Notes under the pieces: model-generated
The model's input: only the letters and a program-made list of their open reading frames with translations
Told to the model about the DNA's origin: nothing
The model's database searches: none
From: Podarcis vaucheri
Lineage: Eukaryota
DNA: 64,000 nucleotides
Direction: 5' to 3' (one strand)
Assembly (NCBI GenBank): GCA_965113315.1
Contig: OZ220363.1
Shown: positions 36,723-48,992 of the stretch, piece after piece
How positions within the stretch are numbered: the first letter of the stretch is position 1
How the letters are laid out: the number at the start of each line of letters is the position of its first letter
Made by a program: the position numbers and the translations under genes

Positions 36723-37258
36723 AGGCAGATGAAGGTGATGGAATACATGGAATTGGCAGAAATGACTGGCAGAATCCGAGATCAGGGAGAAGAGGCGGTG
36801 GAAGAAGACTGGAAGAAATTTAAAGACTACTTGCAGAAATACTGTAAAATTAATGAATGTTAAAGGGATGTTGGATTGAAAATAAGCGGTATTGGTAAAG
36901 AGATTAACAAGAATATGTGAATACGGATTGATAATGGTTTAAAATATATAGTTATAATAGGTTAAGATATTGAATAAAGATAAATGATAGAGGGTAAGGA
37001 TTTGCTGAATTAACTACGTGAACTGGAATGCAAAAAAGGGAGGTGTGAGGAGGTCAGGAAACAAGTAAATGAAATATAAGATATGAAAATATTGATTTCT
37101 TTTTAAATTTTTTCTTACTTTTTATGTGTTTTGTCTTAGTATTTTTGTATCTCTTCTTTTTTATTATTGTTATTCTTTTTTATTTTTTATTTTTAATCTT
37201 GTAACTTTTTATTGTCTGTAAAATTGCAATAAATATCTTTTTTTAAAAAATAAATAAA
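36723..37258 (+). mobile_element. 5'-truncated L1: ORF2 C-terminus, 3'UTR and tail
   Basis: Translates QMKVMEYMELAEMTGRIRDQGEEAVEEDWKKFKDYLQKYCKINEC*; 3'UTR shares AAAAAGGGAGGTGTGAGGAGGTC with 30521-30543; AATAAA and A-rich tail. Confidence 0.8.
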
Positions 37259-39709
37259 TTTGGATCCCACACCTAACAGCATCTTGTAGCTAGTTCAGAA
37301 GTGCACCACAAAGTACAGGACCCAACAAGGTGGGCTAGACCAGATGACCTGATGTGATTTGCCAGGAAGTGAATGAGGCAGTGTGCAAAAGGGGAAGATG
37401 AGAAACACACATGGCCGGTAGTCAATCCTGCACAAGGAAAATTCTTCTGTGATCCTAAATGTGATGATTCATGAGATTATCTATTAGGGCAAGGCAATGG
37501 TCATCCGCTGAATTTTCTCAAATGGAAGTTTTATTGAAGCAGATGTCTTCCTCAACATGTTGGCTCAAGATGAGGTATCCTGTAAGCCTCAATTAAAAAA
37601 TAACATTAAAAAACACCATATTTAAGAAGTGGAGGAGCACTTCCATCATATTATTCAGAAACTATTCAACAACTTTCCCACAAGGATACTCATTACTCAC
37701 CTGATAACTGCTGCATGGCTTGCTATTGGAAGGTATTGGAAGACTCAAACACAGTCCTCTTTGAAATCTGGATCTCACAACTCTGGGACTTAATGCTACT
37801 GGCCACAATGACAACCATAGCCAAGAGAACAAACAAGAAAATCCCTACCTTTCAAACAACAAAGTAATAAGCTGCACTGCTTCTTTCATGGAACTCTTCT
37901 TCAAGCTAAAAGTTAAGAGGTGGAGGGATTGAAGGAAGAAAATAATATTATGTTGAATTAGACCATAGATGAGGCCCTATCTGCAATATGTGGCAATTTT
38001 AAGATGCTATACTTTAATTTGTGGCCTAGGAAAAACATATCTCAGGTTGTATGAAAGTGTACTGCAAGAAGGAAGCAGTGAGCACTCTTCTTTGGAGAGT
38101 CGTACAAGTGGTACCCAGTTTTGATTCTACTCAGTCAAAACCTGTGGCTTTATGCCAGGACTAGGAAAATACCCCAGATTAATGTCAGAAAAACTGGGTC
38201 ATTTTTGTCCCTGAAATTTTCTTGAGCGCTATAGTTCAGAGAGGGAAACAGGCAGAGCCGTACATGATTCCTAATGAAAGAATTTAAGAACCTTTTGCTC
38301 CTATTGGAAAAACAGAAACAACTGAGCATCATTCACAGTAGATGTTTTGAATATAACAGATCTAACTTTGGCATACGGTATTCGTTTACTGCAGTGGGCC
38401 TACTCTCAGTAAAACTTAGCTGACTACCTCCCAGTAACCAGTAAACAAAAGGGACAGTCTTCGTCGTTTCATCATGTATGTGGGAGAGGTTTTGTTCCGC
38501 CTTGCTCCAGCAAGGTACAATAAGAGAATCATAGACTTGTAGAGTCAGAAGTGACCCTCGGTGTCATCTAGTCCAACCCTGGCAACGCAGGACTCTCAGC
38601 TAAAGCATCCATGACAGATGGCCACCCAATAGCTGCACCCGTAGGGGGCAGAGCCATCAGCCTGGAGTTATAATCCAGTGTGGCAATACTTTTGCAGCAG
38701 CAAGGGTAGGATAGGATCAGTCTGCAGAATTCTTTCTAATCCAGTTATGCCTAGAGGCTTTTCCTTCATTTCCCCCCACTGTGCTTGATATGCAGATGGT
38801 TAATTTTGTGTGTGCATTTTTATTGCTCTCCCTGGCATTCAGTGGTATTAGCTTCCCAGTCCCTGTCCAACTTATTTCAGTAATTAATCTGCTGCACAAA
38901 ATCTGCGGCTTACAAATCAAATACCTTGCAGTTGTGGTTCCAACTTTTCTTCCAATTGAGTCAAACTGGACTAACTCGTGATTGCTTTATGCAGGGTTAC
39001 GTCCAACAACCAAATTATAAGTTAGTTACCATCCAGCATCAAATTGAACACAGCAGTATCCCTTTTAGGCTGAATGACACCGTGGTAAAAATATTTAGTT
39101 TCTGGCACATCCATTCATATCTCAATCATACTATTGTTCGGCAGCATTATACAGATAAATGTTTGATATTGAAACCTGACCTTTAGCAAATTCCCAGCAG
39201 CATCACATTATTGATCCATATTGAATGTATGAAATTTCAAATTTTGATATCCTTCTTGGCCATGCTATCTATTTCCCAAAACGATGATTCTGTCTTCCTA
39301 AATAATTCCTGCTTTTCACTAGTAAATGTAATATGTGGAAGTCATGAATAAAACCATTGTACCAGAACCAAGACAGTTTTTGCTGAAAGGGGTTTGAAGA
39401 AAGGAAATGGAATGGAGCCATTTGTTAACAAAATGTGTACATCACTTGCTGTTGCAATTGTTGAGACTTTTAAATATAAAATGCACATTAAAATCACCAG
39501 TAAAAGACAAAAGTTAAAACCAGCATGCATGCTGCAAGCAGGTTGGCAGTTTTAAATGGCTCTGTATCTACTAAAAAAAGAAGTGGCAGATTTTATCATA
39601 GTTTGGCTCTTAAATAACTGATTTTCCCAAAAGAATCCTAAGAATAGTAGTTTGGCAGAGGTGTTGAGATTTCTCTATTATGCTTTCCTGTTGTCATCCT
39701 GCCTTGCAG

Positions 39710-39975
39710 GGACTGCTGCGCTCTGCTGCCCAGGAGGACTCTCCTGTGTGAGTGTCTGAGGGCCCTGCTCCTTCCTGCCGCTCACCATCTGGCTCAGGGC
39801 GGGGCCTGAGGCCTCACAGGGACTGCTGCGCTCTGCTGCCCAGGAGGATTCTCCTGTGTGAGTGTCTGAGGGCCCTGCTCCTTCCTGCTCCTTCCTGCCA
39901 CTCACCACCTGGCCTAGGGTGGGGCCTGACAGGCCTCACAGGGACGGTTGCTGTCACTGCTGCTGCGGCCCAGGG
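39710..39975 (+). repeat. GC-rich tandem monomers (110 and 122 bp plus a partial third) at the LINE 5' end
   Basis: GACTGCTGCGCTCTGCTGCCCAGGAGGA..GGCCTCACAGG starts at 39711 and 39821, diverged third start at ~39943. Confidence 0.9.
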
Positions 39976-40255
39976 GGATTCAGGGGCGCAGAGTTCTTTT
40001 TAAAATGTTTTAAATTTTTCCTTTTCCTTTTATTTTTTTTGTATATGCGGGGACGGGGATGGGGGTGGGATGGATGTTTAGTTGGGAATTTGTTTGATTT
40101 GAATGGATTTGTAATTTTTATAGTTTTTCATTTGTATTGTTTTTTGTTTTCTGGGTTTTTTTGTTTTTTTGTTTTTGTTTTTATTCTTTTAAGGTCTTAT
40201 TTTTTTCTTAAGGGGAAGGGTCAGGGCTGCCGGGGAGTGGGTCCCAGCCAACAAA

Positions 40256-41707
40256 ATGGCTGGGGTATGTTCCACAGAGGGGGATGCGCTGGGACAACCG
40301 ATCTCAGTGATCACGGGTAGGAGGAGGAGTTACGCTAAGACCAGACCATGTCATTACAGAGGAGGCAGGTTTAGTCGTTGTCTGAGGACTATCCCTGCCT
40401 CCGGGTCTGGTCCTGATCGGATGGATACTAGAATCAGCAAGGGATACCCACATAGCCTGAAGGTGCTGCTGTGCAATGCCAGGTCAATGATTCATAAGAC
40501 CACTGCCATCCATGACTTGATCATGGATGGAGGATTTGACCTGGCATGTGTAACAGAGACTTGGTTGGATGAAGCAGATGGGCCTGTTCTTGCCGCTGCT
40601 TGTCTACCAGGTTTCTCTTACGCACAGCAACCCAGGCCTTGTGGGCGGGGAGGGGGGGTTGCAGTGATTTTTAGGAAGTCATTAGTTTGCACCAGGCATC
40701 CTATTGGGAAGACCCAGTTCTCTGAGTGCATGTTCTGGAAGTTGGGCAATAGGGGCAGTACAGGATTCCTTTTGGTGTACCGACCTCCCCGCTGCACCAA
40801 GGATTCCCTGCCCGAGCTGCTTCAGGTCGTGGTGGATGTTCCCCTGGAGACACCCAGTTTGGTTGTCCTAGGGGATTTTAATATCCATGCCGACACGACG
40901 TTACAAGGGGCCGCTCGGGACTTCGTGGAAAGCATGGCCTCCATGGGGCTGTCCCTGAATAAGTTTGGCCCAACCCATAGCCGTGGACATGCCTTGGACC
41001 TGGTGTTTACCTCCATGGATGTTGGTGTTCTGACACTAAGTAAAAGCGAAACAAAAGAAGTGCCATAGTCAGACCACTTCCTGGTGCAACTTGACTTCTC
41101 CGCAACCCTTCCCCTCTGCAGGGAGGTGGGACCGATTCAGATGGTCCGCCCCCACCACTTAATGGATCCAAATGGTTTCCAGAGGGGATGCTTTATCCCA
41201 CGTTGATGGCCTTTCAGCTGAGTCCCTGGTGGCCCGCTGGAATGTGGAGTTAACCAGGGCTATTGACTGTTTGGCTCCGAAGCGCCCTCTCCGATTGCAT
41301 GGAGCCCAGACAGCCCCGTGGTTTTCCACGGATCTGAGGGCAATGAAACAATCGTTGAGACGGCTAGAGCGCCGGTGGTGGATGACCCATTCTGAAGCTG
41401 ACCGGACACAGGTTAGAGCTCAATGTTGAGCCTACCAAGTGGCAGTAGCGACGGCGAAGAAGGCTTTCTTCACCGCCTCTATTGCATCTGCAGAAAACAG
41501 CAGCAGGAGACTTTTTCAGGTGGTCCGCAATTTAGCGGAACCACCTGCTACATCGGGGCCCAGTACGGGCCACATGATCTCCTGCAATGATTTTGCAAAG
41601 TTTTTTGCAGATAAAGTTGCTAAGATTCGGGAAGAGGTAGACGCCACCATGGGAGCAGGGCCGGGGCAGGAGAGTGGGATCAATTCCAATCTGTTACCTC
41701 CGAGGAT
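40256..41707 (+). pseudogene. L2 ORF2 N-terminal half: apurinic-type endonuclease and linker, disrupted
   Basis: Motifs LCNARS, VTETWL, GGGVAV, VYRPP, GDFNIH, LDLVF, SDH; premature TAG 41066-41068, frameshift ~41185, TGA 41427-41429, frameshift ~41676. Confidence 0.92.
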
Positions 41708-43252
41708 GTGGACAGGCTGCTTGGACGAGTGAAACCAACCACCTGTCTCCTTGATCCTTGCCCATCCTGGCTTATAAAAGCTAGCCGGGAAGGGCTGGGT
41801 GATGGGCTTCATGGGGTGGTGAATGCTTCCCTCCGTGAGGGAGCCTTCCCAGACCCGCTGAAAGAGGCGGTTATTAAACCGCTTCTTAAAAAACCATCTT
41901 TAGATGCAGCCACGATGGCCAACTATCGCCCAGTCTCAAATCTTCCATTCTTGGGCAAGGTGATTGAGCGAGTGGTTGCTGAACAACTCCAGGCACGCCT
42001 GGAAGAAGCGGACCATTTGGATCCCTTCCAGGCAGGATTCAGGCCTCATCACGGGACTGAAACTGCCTTGGTCGCACTGGTTGATGATCTCTGGCGGACT
42101 AGGGACAAAGGTGAGAGCTGTTTCCTAGTTCTGCTGGATCTCTCAGCAGCGTTTGATACCATCGACCATAACATCCTTCTGGACCGTCTTGAGGGGCTGG
42201 GAGCTGGGGGTACTGTCATACAGTGGTTCCGCTCCTTCCTCCTGGGCCGTGTTCAGAAAGTGGTGGTGGGGGATGAGTGTTCAGACCCCTGGGCTCTCAC
42301 TTGTGGGGTGCCTCAGGGTTCTGTCCTCTCCCCCATGCTTTTCAACATCTACATGCAGCCGCTGGGAGAGATCATCAGGGGGTTTGGGCTGGGTGTTCAT
42401 CAGTATGCGGATGATACCCAGCTCTACCTCTCTTTCAAATCAGAACCAGTGAAGGCGGTGACGGTCCTGTGTGAGTGTCTGGAGGCGGTTGGAGGATGGA
42501 TGGCGGCAAACAGATTGAGATTGAATCCTGACAAGACAGAAGTACTGTTTCTGGGGGACAGGAGGCGGGCAGGTGTGGAGGATTCCCTGGTTCTGAATGG
42601 GGTAACTGTGCCCCTGATGGACCAGGTGTGCAGCCTGGGAGTCATTTTGGACTCACAGCTGTCCATGGAGGCACAGGTTAAATCAGTGTCCAGGGCAGCT
42701 GTGTACCAGCTCCATCTGGTACGTAGGCTGAGACCCTATCTGCCTGCGGACTGCCTCGCCAGAGTGGTGCATGCTCTGGTTATCCCCCGCTTGGACTACT
42801 GCAATGCGCTCTACGTGGGGCTACCTTTGAAGGTGACCCGAAAACTACAACTAATCCAGAATGCAGCAGCCAGACTGGTGACTGGGAGCGGCCGCCGAGA
42901 CCATATAACACTGGTCTTAAAAGACCTACATTGGCTCCCAGTACGTTTCCGAGCACAATTCAAAGTGTTGGTGCTGCCCTTTAAAGCCCTAAACGGCCTC
43001 GGTCCAGTATACCTGAAGGAGCGTCTCCACCTCCATTGTTCTACCTGGACACTGAGGTCCAGCACCGAGGGCCTTCTGGCGGTTCCCTCACTGCGAGAAG
43101 CCAAGTTACAGGGAACCAGGCAGAGGGCCTTCTTGGTAGTGGCGCCCTCCCTGTGGAACACCCTCCCACCAGATGTCAAAGAGAACAACAACTACCAGAC
43201 TTTTAGAAGACATCTGAAGGCAGCCCTGTTTAGGGAAGCTTTTAATGTTTGA
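41708..43252 (+). pseudogene. L2 ORF2 C-terminal half: reverse transcriptase domain, still open
   Basis: NYRPVSNLPFLGK, QAGFR, LDLSAAFDTIDH, GVPQGSVLSP, YADD, RLDYCNALY, LHWLPV; starts at GTG after a frameshift so not an independent gene. Confidence 0.95.
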
Positions 43253-43337
43253 TGTATCACAGTATTTTAATATTCTTTTGGAAGCCGCCCAGAGTGGCTG
43301 GGGAAACCCAGCCAGATGGGCAGGGTATAAATAATAA

Positions 43338-43382
<45 letters not shown>

Positions 43383-43814
43383 GCAGATCTACAATTCCCA
43401 GGAGCCCATAGGACACAGGGAGAAAACCTTTTTCAATCTGATGGCCACATTCTTTTATGGGGGACCTTCCAGGAACTGCATCTACGTAGTGCTGAGCAGA
43501 GCAAAAGGCAAAACAATGGATGTGGGACTCTTAGCTTTCTGCAGTAGGCTGCATTCTAGCCAGGCAAAAACCGGAGGTTTGTGCATGCACATCTTTTCCT
43601 CCAGCCAAGCAAAACACATCATCACAGTTTTATCTACTTACCACTTAACTGCATTCATCTCTTAAGTGGTGTTTTAAATTGTTTTTACCTGATGGCCCTA
43701 GATGCTGCTTGCTTCATTCTTTTCAAGGATTCCAGCCAGGCAAAAGCATTGGAAGAGGAGCTGGATCAGGACTGAGTAGGGATGGGGCCTGGGGAGCAGG
43801 GCGTGGCCTGGAGC

Positions 43815-44116
43815 CAGGGCCGTCTTTCCCATAGGCACTAGGGGTGTGGGGCGCCGGGCTCTCAGGGGCGCCAGGTTGAGAGTCCGGGGCCTGAGAGTTG
43901 AGTCCGGGGAAGAGCCCGCCCGTCAGTCGGAGCACTGCGGCAGGCTCTTCTGCTGCGGGCAACTCTGCACAGCAAGTTCGGGGGTGACTGAGCCAGCGAG
44001 ACGCTGAGGTAGCTGGCCGGCTCCGCCCTCCTTAGCGCCAGGTATTGGGCAACCTGAGGCGGGGGCACCGGGCGGATCTTTGCACCCCAGTGTCACATAT
44101 GCTTAAGACAGCCCTT
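43815..44116. mobile_element. GC-rich hAT-type MITE
   Basis: TIRs CAGGGCCGTCTT / AAGACAGCCCTT; 8-bp TSD CCTGGAGC / CCTGGAGG (7/8); GCGCC/GCACC subterminal motifs. Confidence 0.82.
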
Positions 44117-45275
44117 CCTGGAGGAAGAAGATGCCACAATGACAGGGGCAATTATGTGCACTGGTCAGTGGTGCAAAAACAACAACCCTATAACATCCAT
44201 TTGCTTCTATACTAAATGATTGCTTAGACTGTCACTTGCCTCATGTATAAATACAATCAAACCTGAAATAAAAGCTTAAACATAAAGGTTGCATTCCTTT
44301 GTATATTGTGTGCATGTGTGCATGTGCATAAATTCTTTTTAAACTGGATTTCCTTACTCTTGCATCCTTTTTTAAAAAAAAATACCGAGTTCTTCCCATT
44401 TCTTCAAATGCTGTGTTTTCTCTGGTAAGCCAGGCAATTAATATTAGGAGCAAAGCTGTGAGGGGAAGAGGAGGGAAGAGGTGCATTTTTTTTTTCTCAG
44501 TGCAATCAAATGTTATTAATTACTATACTGGGTGAAAAAAATGCAGTGATTTATACATTACAGAAGATGATTGTTTTAAATTTTAGAATTCTTGGTTATT
44601 TCTGCCTATAAATGCTGACAATGTGAAGATGAACCAGAAACTGTTTGGAGTTCAGCTTTGGTGAATTTCCTTCAACTGAACCAGTTCATTCCCATAATTA
44701 GGTTCCGTGGATTTCAATGGAAGATATTCAAGCATCTGCTTATCCCTTTTGCTGAAATCACGAGCTCTCAAAAATGTTTAATGTTGGTCCCTTCCAATTT
44801 AAGTGCTGCATTTAATTACTCAAGCAGCCAATTGTATGTACCCATGCATAACTGGCCCTAGATTTGCACTTGCAGTCTAAGTCATCCATATCTGGTGGCT
44901 TGTGGTCTGGTGTAACATTTTTTTGTTAAATGTATGGCCAGATTAATCTCTTAAACAGTGCAGTGTACCTTGCATATTTCATACTGATGGCCTACTATAA
45001 AGAGTGCTTCTATTTATGCCATCCATAGTTTTGCTTATTACAGTTATGGCCTGCCGAAGAGTTCATGGTGGCTTACATATAATGAAAATTATTTAGTGCC
45101 TACAGGATGTTAAGGTAAAGTCGGTGCATTCTAACAAATGGTAAAAATAGTTTTGAGCACGTATTTTCTGCATTCCAATACATTTATTTTGGGGATAGGC
45201 GCTAGGTATTAAAACCACTTCCATCGCCCTTATTTAAACTATTTATTTTGAGCACAGTCATCTCCAAGCCTTAGC

Positions 45276-45596
45276 CAGGGGTCAGCAAAGTTTTTCAGCA
45301 GGGGGCTGGTCCACTGTCCCTCAGACCTTGTGGGGGGCAGGACTATATTTTTTTTGGGGGGATGAACGAATTTCTATGCCCCACAAATAACCCAGAGATG
45401 CATTTTAAATAAAAGCACACATTCTACTCATGTAAAAACACCAGGCAGGCCCCACAAATAACCTAGAGATGCATTTTAAATAAAAGGACACATTCTACTT
45501 ATGTAAAAACAGGCTGATTCCCAGACTGTCCACAGGCCGGATTTAGAAAGCGATTGGGCCGGATCCTGCCCCCGGGCCTTAGTTTGCCTATCCATG
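45276..45596. mobile_element. hAT (Charlie-like) MITE, same family as 17241, opposite orientation
   Basis: CAGGGGTCAGCAAAG ... AGTTTGCCTATCCATG; near-TSD CCTTAG on both sides. Confidence 0.9.
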
Positions 45597-47835
45597 CCTT
45601 AGTCACTGTATAGAACATAAAAGTTACACGACTCATGCTTAAAAGACATAATATATACAAAAGAATGATAAGTGGGGATGGGAATGACTTTTGAAAGACC
45701 AAACATGAGTCATTATTGGAAAGGTTTGTTGTTATTACCTAGTAAGGCCACAGAAAAGATGAAATTCTGCACTATTGCAAGAAAACAAAAACAAAAAGTC
45801 AGCACTGAGATCTTTTGTGTTACAATGCAGGACCTATTGGCGTTGTATAATGGTTATGTGAAGTGAAGTCTGGAAAATCCAGAGGAATTCAATTGCTTTC
45901 ACTGATGAGATCAGTATTTATTTGGTATTTCTGGTGGTATCGCAATTCTTAAATAATTAACCTACAGCCAATATGTATGGAATTGCCTTAGTAAGCTCAC
46001 TGTCCATGACTGCTCACAGTTTAATTAGTAGAATAAATAATTTACACCCCAAAAGTGTGCACAAGATGGCACCAATAAACCTGATAGCACTTGTTCATTA
46101 TTTGAAGAAAATTGGATGAAGCACACAATTCCCAGAGTACAAGCCACCCTGTGGAGTAAGAGGTGTGTTAGTGCTATTGTATCCTGTAGAGAACTGATGA
46201 GAATCCCAGAGTTGTGGTGTTTATGTATCTCCATCCTGTTTCATCCTTTGAGCTGGAGTTGTGTTTTTGATCTTAGACAGGAATCACACATTTGAAAAGA
46301 AGGGATGCTCCTTTAATATAGGGCTGGGGGACCTCCAGCCTCATTTTCTCATTTTGGACAGCCCTATTAAAGTTTTATATAACTGTCCTAAATCAGAAAA
46401 TAAGCTAGACCATACAGAAGAAAACTCTGCAATAGTATGAAACGTCATGCCCAGACCCCTGTTCTGCACCCTGACCAAGATTACAGAAGTAACAAAATAC
46501 ATTAGTACTTATTTATTTCATAAAATTTATATACCATTTGATTCTTTTTTAAAAAGCAAAACAAAACTACAAGTTGTTTACAAAAAGAGCCCAACAGTAA
46601 AATTATCAGTAAAAATGGTTAAAACAGTTTTTTAAAAGATTCAAATAATATTTAAAAATCAGTGATAAGCTAAACACAGATTAAAACACATGGAAACATT
46701 CTCAATATATTAACCCATCTGAGGAATTTACAAATTGGGATCTGTTTAGTAATACAGAATTACTTCTTCAAAGTATTACTGTATCAATTCTTTGGCTGAA
46801 AAGATTGTGCAGTTGAAAGAGATTTATGAGGTGTTTGGGGCACACCTAATTTGGAAATATATGGCCATGTGGCACGCCCTATGTAAAATACTATTATAAA
46901 CATGTTAAAATTCACCAAGTTATTGGTCTGTGCATTCGTTGTCACCTAGCCTTTGAGTGAAAATGTATTTACCTTGGATTGAATTGTTAACTTGGTTTGT
47001 TGAGAAGTATGTCACTTATACAGATATGTACCCACATGTACACACACACCCCTCAAGGGCAGGAGGAATTAAAGACTGAATTATATAGAACTTAGGAGTT
47101 TCCTGTACCATGTTTTCTATGAAATTGTTGTTAAAACCTGCCAAATAACTGAATGCTGCCACCATCCTATCATTCAGCCACAATATTCCAAATGCTAATT
47201 TCACAAGAGAACAAACAACAACAACAACAACAAAACACCCTTAAACTTTTAGAGTCATAAGCACACTGGTGTCATTTGAACATGTAAGCATCAGATGAGC
47301 AACTGGTTGTTCTCTCTCAGAAGAAAGCTTTATCTAAATAAAGCATGGGGACATTTTATCATTCCATAATGGAAAAGACCTGTCATTCCTTGAATATCAT
47401 CATATGGTCGGTGGCCAGCAGATAATGGACTGCTAAGAGTCAAGGTGACTGGCTTTGAATGCACACAAAACTAAAAATTATAGACCTGTCATTCTGTGGG
47501 CAGGCCGCAATTAGCGGTCTATGCAACTTAGAATTTCCATTTTGCCAGCTGAATAATCAATTGGCTGCAGTTTTCTCCATTTAGTGACATTTTAAACTCT
47601 CTCTCTCTCTCTTACAAAAAAAAACAAAACCCCTGCTCAGAAGGATTTTCAAATAAATATGCAGTGCACTCAAGCAGCTGGAATAATTTCCCAAACAACC
47701 CACTCCCTAGAATGTATACAAACAAAGACACCCCCCGAAATTTTGTAAGCATTTCCCTTATATTAGTCCATCCTGGCTGCTCCCACATTTGCAATGCTTA
47801 GTAAGGATTGTGTGTGAAAAGAAAAATAAGCTATA

Positions 47836-48053
47836 CAGTGAAACCTCAGTTGTCGTACGTTTCGGCACCCGAACGCCGAAAACCCAGAAGTAACTGGTCT
47901 GGTTTTCGAACGATTTTTGGAAGCTGAACGTGCTACGCAGCTTCCGTTTTTAGTTTCCCTGTTGAATTGAGACTTCTGTTTTCAGTTTTCGAACATTTCG
48001 GAAGTTGAACGGTCTAATGGAACGGATTACATCCGAAAACTGAGGTTCCACTG
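47836..48053. mobile_element. Tc1/mariner MITE, family C
   Basis: TA-CAGTGAAACCTCAGTTGTCG ... CGAAAACTGAGGTTCCACTG-TA. Confidence 0.88.
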
Positions 48054-48055
48054 TA

Positions 48056-48297
48056 CAGTGGTACCTCTGGTTACGTACTTAATTTGTTCCGGAGGTCCAT
48101 TCTTAACCTGAAACTGTTCTTAACCTGAAGCACCACTTTAGCTAATGGGGCCTCCTGCTGCTGCTGCGCTGCCGCCGCATGATTTCTGTTCTCATCCTGA
48201 AGCAAAGTTCTTAACCCGAGGTACTATTTCTGGGTTAGCGGAGTCTGTAACCTGAAGCGTATGTAACCTGAAACGTATGTAACCCAAGGTACCACTG
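48056..48297. mobile_element. Tc1/mariner MITE, family B
   Basis: TA-CAGTGGTACCTCTGGTTAC ... GTAACCCAAGGTACCACTG-TA; shares the TA at 48054-48055 with the preceding MITE. Confidence 0.92.
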
Positions 48298-48894
48298 TAC
48301 CTAATTCTGAGGCAGAAAGTCAGTTTAGCTCTATTCATGAGGCATTCCCAAATTTACTTGAGTGAATTTTCATACGGGTATACAGTACTGAAAAATCACT
48401 GGTGGAGCAATCTGGGGTGGCACAGAGGTGAGAGAAGTTAAAATCAAAAGTAAAGGAACCACTAAATCCAAAACCTTGCTGGGTTTATGCTGGCAGCGTG
48501 AAATGTGGAAGGGCAGTGTGTTGTTGCTGTTTTTGTATTTTGAGCAAACCTACAGATTTTCTACCCTGCAGTGGGTAGGGGACCATAGCACATAAATATA
48601 TGCAAAGTGCTTGAAGCTGAAACCATGGCCTGAGTATATGCTTAATTGCATGAAGGAGTGGTACTCAGCCCCTAAGGAAGGCTGTGGTTTGGTGGCCAGT
48701 GTGAAAAACCTAGGCCTGAACTCAACTAGTTATAAAACCTGAGTGTTTCTCAAACCTTTTCCCTCTGGGCCACACTTTCACAATAAAAATTTGCTCACAT
48801 CACACCGTTTTTTAATTAATAAGAAATACATTAGAAAACACAACTAGGATTGTCCAGGAGTATCACCTGATGCTCATGCTCTCATTTTGAAAAT

Positions 48895-48992
48895 ATATCT
48901 ATAATAATAATAATATAATTTATTTATATAAAATATAAAATTATTATTTATCGGGCTGGGTTTCCCCAGCCCTAGCCACTCTGGGCGGCTAT
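48895..48992 (-). mobile_element. L2 3' terminal stem-loop and AT-rich tail only
   Basis: GGCTGGGTTTCCCCAGCC..CCACTCTGGGCGGCT is the reverse complement of 43283-43313. Confidence 0.7.

Larger units (their letters stand above)
39710..43380 (+). mobile_element. L2-clade LINE, near full length, single ORF, disabled
   Basis: APE + RT coding region, 3' stem-loop, (TTA)n tail 43338-43382; possible short TSD TTGCAG (39704-39709 / 43381-43386); 5' tandem monomers. Confidence 0.93.

Noticed and set aside
39710-39975. CRISPR-like repeat array (also 20075-20560)
   Set aside because: Eukaryotic context; whole-unit tandem repeats with no unique spacers and no cas genes
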